This document shows positions 1 through 5,032 of a stretch of 5,032 nucleotides of DNA, piece by piece (position 1 is the first letter of the stretch; each line of letters opens with the position of its first letter). Below the pieces are notes generated by a model. That model saw nothing but the letters and a program-made list of their open reading frames with translations. It was not told the DNA's origin and ran no database searches. The position numbers and the translations under genes were made by a program. The stretch is from Amoebidium appalachense (Eukaryota; Protista; Ichthyosporea), in the NCBI GenBank assembly GCA_963693365.1, contig CAVNZM010000133.1:1-5032 (forward strand), written 5' to 3'.

Positions 1-29
1 GGGTATATAAGCCACGTCTCTGCCAGGTG

Positions 30-107
30 CAGACATGGAGTTCAGACATGGAGTTCAGTCATGGAGTTAAGTCATGGAGTTAAGTCATGGAGTTCAGTCA
101 TGGAGTT
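30..107. repeat. 13-bp tandem minisatellite, 6 copies, consensus (C/A)AG(A/T)CATGGAGTT
   Basis: Units read directly at 30, 43, 56, 69, 82 and 95, varying only at unit positions 1 and 4. Confidence 0.97.
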
Positions 108-451
108 AACACACTGAAAGCAGTAAAAAACGGGTCAGCGCCCAAGCGCGCCACGACGACCCTAGTCACAGCGGACTCTACTTCCAACAGTTTGCACTTC
201 ACTCTCACGTGTGGTGCGGCAAGTACAATAATGCCTCGGTTTTTCGCGTAACCGGGGTGTGTGGATGTGTCGACCAATGTAGAGTTGAATTTGTGGTGGT
301 TTTTAAACTGTGTTTCGCAAATCACTGTAAACGTGTGGTTGTTTGTCTGTTGTTGTATGTAGCTGATTTTATCGTCGAGTGTCCCGGGGGGGAGGCCCTT
401 TTGGGGGCCCAGTGTCCGAGCATTCCAGAAGAAGAAGGATAAATTAGGCAT
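98..451 (-). pseudogene. Truncated N-terminal APE-like (exonuclease-endonuclease-phosphatase family) endonuclease domain, as in non-LTR retrotransposon ORF2
   Basis: The 117-aa ORF has FFFWNARTL right after the Met (cf. xWNxxGL), VICETQ (cf. LQETH), NRGIIVL (cf. GVAIL) and RVVVARL in the expected order and spacing. It stops within the 13-bp repeat, before the YxP, GDFN and DH motifs. Recognised by eye, no profile search run. Confidence 0.7.
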
Positions 452-584
452 CGGTTTGGTCCGACACCTGTGGGGTTGGTTCCCACTTGTCGCTTACGGG
501 GTCGTATGCACGACCTTCCGCCAGCGCGAACAGTTCGCAGAAGAGCTCGATTTCCATCATATCCAACTTGCCCCTGAATATCAC
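444..584 (-). pseudogene. Short upstream frame (46 aa), possibly the C-terminal remnant of an ORF1
   Basis: Hand translation gives VIFRGKLDMMEIELFCELFALAEGRAYDPVSDKWEPTPQVSDQTDA*. Its TAA overlaps the APE-like start (ATGCCTAA). An in-frame TAG at 585-587 precedes it, and no domain is recognised. Confidence 0.3.
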
Positions 585-617
585 CTAGATACACGGGATC
601 TTTTCATAAGGCCCTAA

Positions 618-655
618 CACGGCCATCTAGAGACTCGAGTCTCTAGATGGCCGTG
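618..655. mobile_element. 38-bp perfect palindrome with 8-bp flanking direct repeat (minimal TIR-only insertion)
   Basis: CACGGCCATCTAGAGACTC|GAGTCTCTAGATGGCCGTG, with GGCCCTAA immediately on both sides (610-617 and 656-663). Confidence 0.75.
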
Positions 656-687
656 GGCCCTAAACGCGATACATACCGTAGGCTGTT

Positions 688-804
688 CTATCACTGAGCG
701 AATATCCGGATTGGCGGATATCCCGACACCGCGGTCTGTCCGATCCTTTATTAGGTACTATTACTGAGCGAATATCCGGATTGGCGGATACCCCGACACC
801 GCGG
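688..804. repeat. 47-bp direct repeat, 2 copies, 70-bp period
   Basis: 688-734 versus 758-804 with 2 mismatches. Confidence 0.95.
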
Positions 805-822
805 GTATTCGCTCAGTGATAG
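758..822. mobile_element. 65-bp MITE-like element with 17-bp terminal inverted repeats, flanked by TA
   Basis: CTATTACTGAGCGAATA (758-774) pairs 16/17 with TATTCGCTCAGTGATAG (806-822). TA lies at 756-757 and 823-824, and there is an internal TATCCG-N6-CGGATA stem. Confidence 0.55.
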
Positions 823-1129
823 TAAAATACCTTCAAACAAACAACTGGGCCGAATCCAATCATCATAGCCTGGCAACACATTCCACAGGGGTCAAAACAC
901 GCTGAATGGCTACAGAAGCTAAAACATGGAAATAAACGGATAATCCGTGATAAACAGTCACGTTTACCACTATGATGTCCCACAAATCCGACGCACATTT
1001 ACACAGCATGTATTACCCTGACGACCCATATTGTTTAGGCATGCATCCAAAAATAGATGATCTTTTGCTTTTTGATTCGCAACGAATCAGCGGCGAAAAA
1101 TACCGTTAAATTTGTCCCACAATCAAAGC

Positions 1130-1384
1130 TTGGACTGCTCCCCCTAGTTGAACAGTTTGGGGGGAAAGCCGAAGGCTCTAAATTCGGATATTCGGGATTT
1201 GGTTGTAAGGTTTTACGGGTCGGGCCGAAGGCCTTAACGGGCCGCAGGCCCGCCTATTGGGCCGCCAGGCCCGGGGCCCCGGGGACCGGGGGCCTCCCCA
1301 CCCACGCGGGCCACCCCCGGCCCGGCCCGGCCCGCGGGGGCACGGGGAGTAGAGCTCTACTCCCCGTGCCCCCGCGGGCCGGGC
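1130..1384 (+). repeat. GC-rich hairpin module, copy 1
   Basis: From TTGGACTGCTCCCCCTAG at 1130 it matches 1686 onward, and matches 1951-2104 in reverse complement. Confidence 0.95.
1325..1384. repeat. 60-bp perfect palindrome centred on AGAG|CTCT (1354/1355)
   Basis: GCCCGGCCCGCGGGGGCACGGGGAGTAGAG is followed directly by its exact reverse complement. Confidence 0.97.
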
Positions 1385-1528
1385 TGTAAGGTTTTACGGG
1401 TCGGGCCGAAGGCCTTAACGGGCCGCAGGCCCGCCTATTGGGCCGCCAGGCCCGGGGCCCCGGGGACCGGGGGCCTCCCCACCCACGCGGGCCACCCCCG
1501 GCCCGGCCCGGCCCGCGGGGGCACGGGG
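1385..1528 (+). repeat. GC-rich hairpin module, copy 2 (internal 144-bp duplication)
   Basis: Identical by eye to 1204-1347, offset 181. Confidence 0.95.
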
Positions 1529-1926
1529 TTTGATCTGGCCATCTGGCCATGTGGGTATAAACCGTTTTCTGTTCTAATATTGGAGAACTGTCGATAGTGA
1601 TAGAAAATGTCATTGGAAGAACAATCGGGAAGGTCATCACGTGATAGATATTTGGAAGTGATCTACTGGAAAGAGCGAAGCAATATTGGACTGCTCCCCC
1701 TAGTTGAACAGTTTGGGGGGAAAGCCGAAGGCTCTAAATTCGGATATTCGGGATTTGGTTGTAAGGTTTTACGGGTCGGGCCGAAGGCCTAACGGGCCGC
1801 AGGCCCGCCTATTGGGCCGCCAGGCCCGGGGCCCGCGGGGACCGGGGGCCTCCCCACCCACGCGGGCCACCCCCGGCCCGGCCCGGCCCGCGGGGGCCCG
1901 GGGGAGTAGAGCTCTGCTCCCCGTGC

Positions 1927-1957
<31 letters not shown>

Positions 1958-2261
1958 GCCCCGGGCCTGGCGGCCCAATAGGCGGGCCTGCGGCCCGTTA
2001 AGGCCTTCGGCCCGACCCGTAAAACCTTACAACCAAATCCCGAATATCCGAATTTAGAGCCTTCGGCTTTCCCCCAAACTGTTCAACTAGGGGGAGCAGT
2101 CCAATATTGCTTCGCTCTTTCCAGTAGATCACTTCCAAATATCTATCACGTGATGACCTTCCCGATTGTTCTTCCAATGACATTTTCTATCACTATCGAC
2201 AGTTCTCCAATATTAGAACAGAAAACGGTTTATACCCACATGGCCAGATGGCCAGATCAAA
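1529..2261. repeat. Long inverted repeat (fold-back): arms 1529-1840 and 1951-2261, containing module copies 3 and 4
   Basis: The ~311-bp arms are reverse complements except for about three 1-bp indels. The region between them holds the AGAGCTCT axis (1908-1915) and a 24-G run (1927-1950). Mirror ORF pairs in the ORF track agree. Confidence 0.96.
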
Positions 2262-2327
2262 TCCAGTCTGTGAGCAGGGGGGGGGATCCACCTGAAGTCA
2301 AAACAATCTGGCCATCTGGCCATGTGG
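2236..2327. mobile_element. 92-bp MITE-like element with 22-bp perfect inverted repeats
   Basis: CCACATGGCCAGATGGCCAGAT (2236-2257) and ATCTGGCCATCTGGCCATGTGG (2306-2327). Pairing extends with two mismatches to TA at 2231-2232 and 2331-2332. The target-site duplication is not clear-cut. Confidence 0.55.
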
Positions 2328-2357
2328 CCATAGAATAGATTAGTATGTAAGGCACTG

Positions 2358-3631
2358 GCTGCCACCACTGGGGGGCGTGGTTCCGGGAGGAGGGGGAGGC
2401 ACACGTGCAGGGGGGCTGGGGAGAGTGGGGGAGGCATGGCACCGCTGGGGAATGGCACCACTGGGGGCGTGGTTCCGGCAGGCCAGCAAGAGGGCGGATA
2501 TGTGAGGCACACATGCTGGCGAGGAGGGCAAGGAGGGCGAGACTGGCGAGCCACCCACAGTGAGAAAGTATTATGTATGCATAGAGCATGTTGCCTGTGC
2601 AGCAGGTAGATGTGCATGAGGCACCAGAGTGGTGCAAGTTTCTGGTGGCTCTGTTTGACTAATAAAGGCATATGCTGCCACCACTGGGGGGCGTGGTTCC
2701 GGGAGGAGGGGGAGGCACACGTGCAGGGGGGGCTGGGGAGAGTGGGGGAGGCATGGCACCGCTGGGGGAATGGCACCACTGGGGGCGTGGTTCCGGCAGG
2801 CCAGCAAGAGGGCGGATATGTGAGGCACACATGCTGGCGAGGAGGGCAAGGAGGGCGAGACTGGCGAGCCACCCACAGTGAGAAAGTATTATGTATGCAT
2901 AGAGCATGTTGCCTGTGCAGCAGGTAGATGTGCATGAGGCACCAGAGTGGTGCAAGTTTCTGGTGGCTCTGTTTGACTAATAAAGGCATATGCTGCCACC
3001 ACTGGGGGGCGTGGTTCCGGGGAGGAGGGGGAGGCACACGTGCAGGGGGGCTGGGGAGAGTGGGGGAGGCATGGCACCGCTGGGGAATGGCACCACTGGG
3101 GGCGTGGTTCCGGCAGGCCAGCAAGAGGGCGGATATGTGAGGCACACATGCTGGCGAGGAGGGCAAGGAGGGCGAGACTGGCGAGCCACCCACAGTGAGA
3201 AAGTATTATGTATGCATAGAGCATGTTGCCTGTGCAGCAGGTAGATGTGCATGAGGCACCAGAGTGGTGCAAGTTTCTGGTGGCTCTGTTTGACTAATAA
3301 AGGCATATGCTGCCACCACTGGGGGGCGTGGTTCCGGCAGCAGGGGGGGAGGGGAGGCACACGTGCAGGGGGGCTGGGGAGAGTGGGGGAGGCATGGCAC
3401 CGCTGGGGAATGGCACCACTGGGGGCGTGGTTCCGGCAGGCCAGCAAGAGGGCGGATATGTGAGGCACACATGCTGGCGAGGAGGGCAAGGAGGGCGAGA
3501 CTGGCGAGCCACCCACAGTGAGAAAGTATTATGTATGCATAGAGCATGTTGCCTGTGCAGCAGGTAGATGTGCATGAGGCACCAGAGTGGTGCAAGTTTC
3601 TGGTGGCTCTGTTTGACTAATAAAGGCATAT
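2358..3631. repeat. Tandem satellite, 4 near-identical units of 316, 318, 317 and 323 bp
   Basis: Units start (GCTGCCACCACTGGGGG) at 2358, 2674, 2992 and 3309, with a fifth partial start at 3632. Differences are mostly G-run length. Confidence 0.97.
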
Positions 3632-4063
3632 GCTGCCACCACTGGGGGGCGTGGTTCCGGGAGGAGGGGGAGGCACACGTGCAGGGGGGCTGGGGAGAGT
3701 GGGGGCGGCATGGCACCGCTGGGGGCGTGGTTCCGGGAGGAGGGGGAGGCACACGTGCAGGGGGGGGCTGGGGAGAGTGGGGGAAGCATGGCACCGCTGG
3801 GGGCGTGGTTCCGGCAGCAGGGGGGGGCTGGGGGAGGGGGAGGCACGTGTATTCGTATATACACCTAACTAAATGCCACCACTGGGGGCGTGGTTCCGGC
3901 AACAGGGGGGCTGGGGAGCAGGGGAGGCTGGGGGGCCGGGGGGGGCGGAGGAGGCGGAGGAGACTGGCGGGGGCCTCACAGTTGGGGGGCCTTGCTGGCA
4001 CACGTGTGTGTGTGTGTGTGTGTGTGTCTGTGTGGAAAGACACTACTGCCCGGGCGTGGTTCC
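3632..4063. repeat. Degenerating satellite edge built from ~77-85-bp subunits of the 317-bp unit
   Basis: GCGTGGTTCCGG recurs at about 3649, 3725, 3803, 3888 and 4054 with shared flanking blocks. Confidence 0.85.
4004..4027. repeat. (GT)12 microsatellite
   Basis: Direct read. Confidence 0.97.
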
Positions 4064-4116
4064 GGGGGGCACGGGGGGCACGGGGGGCACGGGGGGAGGG
4101 GGGGGGGGGGGGGGGG
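4064..4116. repeat. (GGGGGGCAC)3 followed by G6-A-G19
   Basis: 9-mers at 4064, 4073 and 4082; G run at 4098-4116. Confidence 0.9.
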
Positions 4117-4120
4117 CAAA

Positions 4121-4123
<3 letters not shown>

Positions 4124-4173
<50 letters not shown>
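4124..4173. repeat. (TC)25 microsatellite
   Basis: Direct read. Confidence 0.97.
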
Positions 4174-4175
<2 letters not shown>

Positions 4176-4193
4176 CAGGCAGGGCAGATGTGA

Positions 4194-4356
4194 ATGCTAA
4201 GTGTGAGGCCGGGAGGGGGCAAATATAAATGCTAAGTGTGAGGCCGGGGGGCCAAATATATATGCTAAGTGTGAGGCCGGGAGGCCAAATATATATGCTA
4301 AGTGTGAGGCCGGGAGGCCAAATATATATGCTAAGTGTGAGGCCGGGGGATGCAAA

Positions 4357-4393
<37 letters not shown>

Positions 4394-4541
4394 CAGGCCA
4401 CATATATATGCTAAGTGTGAGGCCGGGAGGGGGCAAATATATAGGCTAAGTGTGAGGCCGGGGGGCCAAATATATATGCTAAGTGTGAGGCCGGGAGGCC
4501 AAATATATATGCTAAGTGTGAGGCCGGGGGATGCAAAAAGT
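4194..4541. repeat. 33-35-bp minisatellite ATGCTAAGTGTGAGGCCGGG(A/G)GGCCAAATATAT, 5+4 copies split by a TC tract
   Basis: GCTAAGTGTGAGGCCGGG at 4196, 4231, 4264, 4297, 4330, 4410, 4445, 4478 and 4511. Confidence 0.96.
4360..4391. repeat. (TC)16 microsatellite
   Basis: Direct read; flanks (CAAAAAG and GGCAGGC) match those of the first TC tract. Confidence 0.97.
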
Positions 4542-4550
4542 GAAACAAAA

Positions 4551-5018
4551 AATGCATCCGTGTGTGCAAATAATGCTAGAGACCGGGAGGGGTAGGGGGG
4601 GGAGGGGGCAAATAAATGCATCCGTGCATGCAAATAATGCTAGAGACCGGGAGGGGGAGGGGGGGAGGGGCAAATAAATGCATCCGTGCATGCAAATAAT
4701 GCTAGAGACCGGGAGGGGGAGGGGGGAGGGGGCAAATAAATGCATCCGTGCATGCAAATAATGCTAGAGACCGGGAGGGGGGGGGGGGGAGGGGCAAATA
4801 AATGCATCCGTGCATGCAAATAATGCTAGAGACCGGGAGGGGGAGGGGGGAGGGGGCAAATAAATGCATCCGTGCATGCAAATAATGCTAGAGACCGGGA
4901 GGGGGGGGAGGGGGGGGGGGGCAAATAAATGCATCCGTGCATGCAAATAATGCTAGAGACCGGGAGGGGGGGAGGGGGGAGGGGGCAAATAAATGCATCC
5001 GTGCATGCAAATAATGCT
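4551..5018. repeat. 62-65-bp minisatellite, 7 full copies plus a partial one
   Basis: AATGCATCCGTG at 4551, 4615, 4677, 4739, 4801, 4863, 4928 and 4992. Length variation lies in the G/A tract. Confidence 0.96.
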
Positions 5019-5032
5019 TAGTGTGAGGCTGG

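Noticed and set aside
209-594. ORFs 209-442 (+) and 322-594 (-)
   Set aside because: They are shadow frames of the APE-like ORF with no motifs.
627-646. XbaI-XhoI-XbaI sites resembling a synthetic linker
   Set aside because: Restriction sites arise naturally in palindromes, the exact 8-bp flanking duplication fits an insertion better, and no vector sequence is recognised. Not fully excluded.
612-663. Two CCCTAA telomere-like hexamers
   Set aside because: They are not tandem, and the second is explained by the 8-bp flanking duplication.
500-1089. Small isolated hairpins (about 500-515, 526-539, 936-948, 1073-1089)
   Set aside because: Stems of 5-7 bp without supporting context, compatible with chance.
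1137-1384. Known ribozyme, tRNA or rRNA
   Set aside because: No hammerhead CTGATGA/GAAA core, cloverleaf or recognisable rRNA sequence was seen.
1057-2338. ORFs across the hairpin module and inverted arms
   Set aside because: They cross rearrangement junctions, differ in frame between copies, and reflect GC-rich, stop-poor sequence.
2213-4946. Many long ORFs (up to 326 aa) on both strands
   Set aside because: They are low-complexity Pro/Gly-rich translations of tandem repeats that shift frame with G-run length, with no recognisable domain.
4194-5018. CRISPR-like periodicity (33-bp and 62-bp)
   Set aside because: There are no unique spacers, the whole units are repeated, and no cas genes are present.

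Overview
This looks like repeat-dominated, probably eukaryotic DNA with no intact gene. (1) 1-600: a minus-strand fragment resembling the N-terminus of an apurinic/apyrimidinic-endonuclease-like (APE/EEP) domain, as found in non-LTR retrotransposon ORF2. It stops inside a 13-bp tandem repeat, and a short upstream frame overlaps its start. (2) 610-824 and 2236-2327: three tiny inverted-repeat elements, including a perfect 38-bp palindrome flanked by an exact 8-bp direct repeat. (3) 1130-2261: a GC-rich module made of consecutive mini-hairpins and ending at an AGAG|CTCT fold-back axis. It is present as three direct partial copies and one inverted copy, forming a 60-bp perfect palindrome and a ~730-bp inverted repeat. 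(4) 2358-5032: layered tandem repeats with G-richness on the + strand (a ~317-bp unit, ~77-bp subunits, GT/TC microsatellites, 33-bp and ~62-bp units). Nearly all other listed ORFs are by-products of the repeats. Assembly or base-calling artefact cannot be excluded for the fold-back region.
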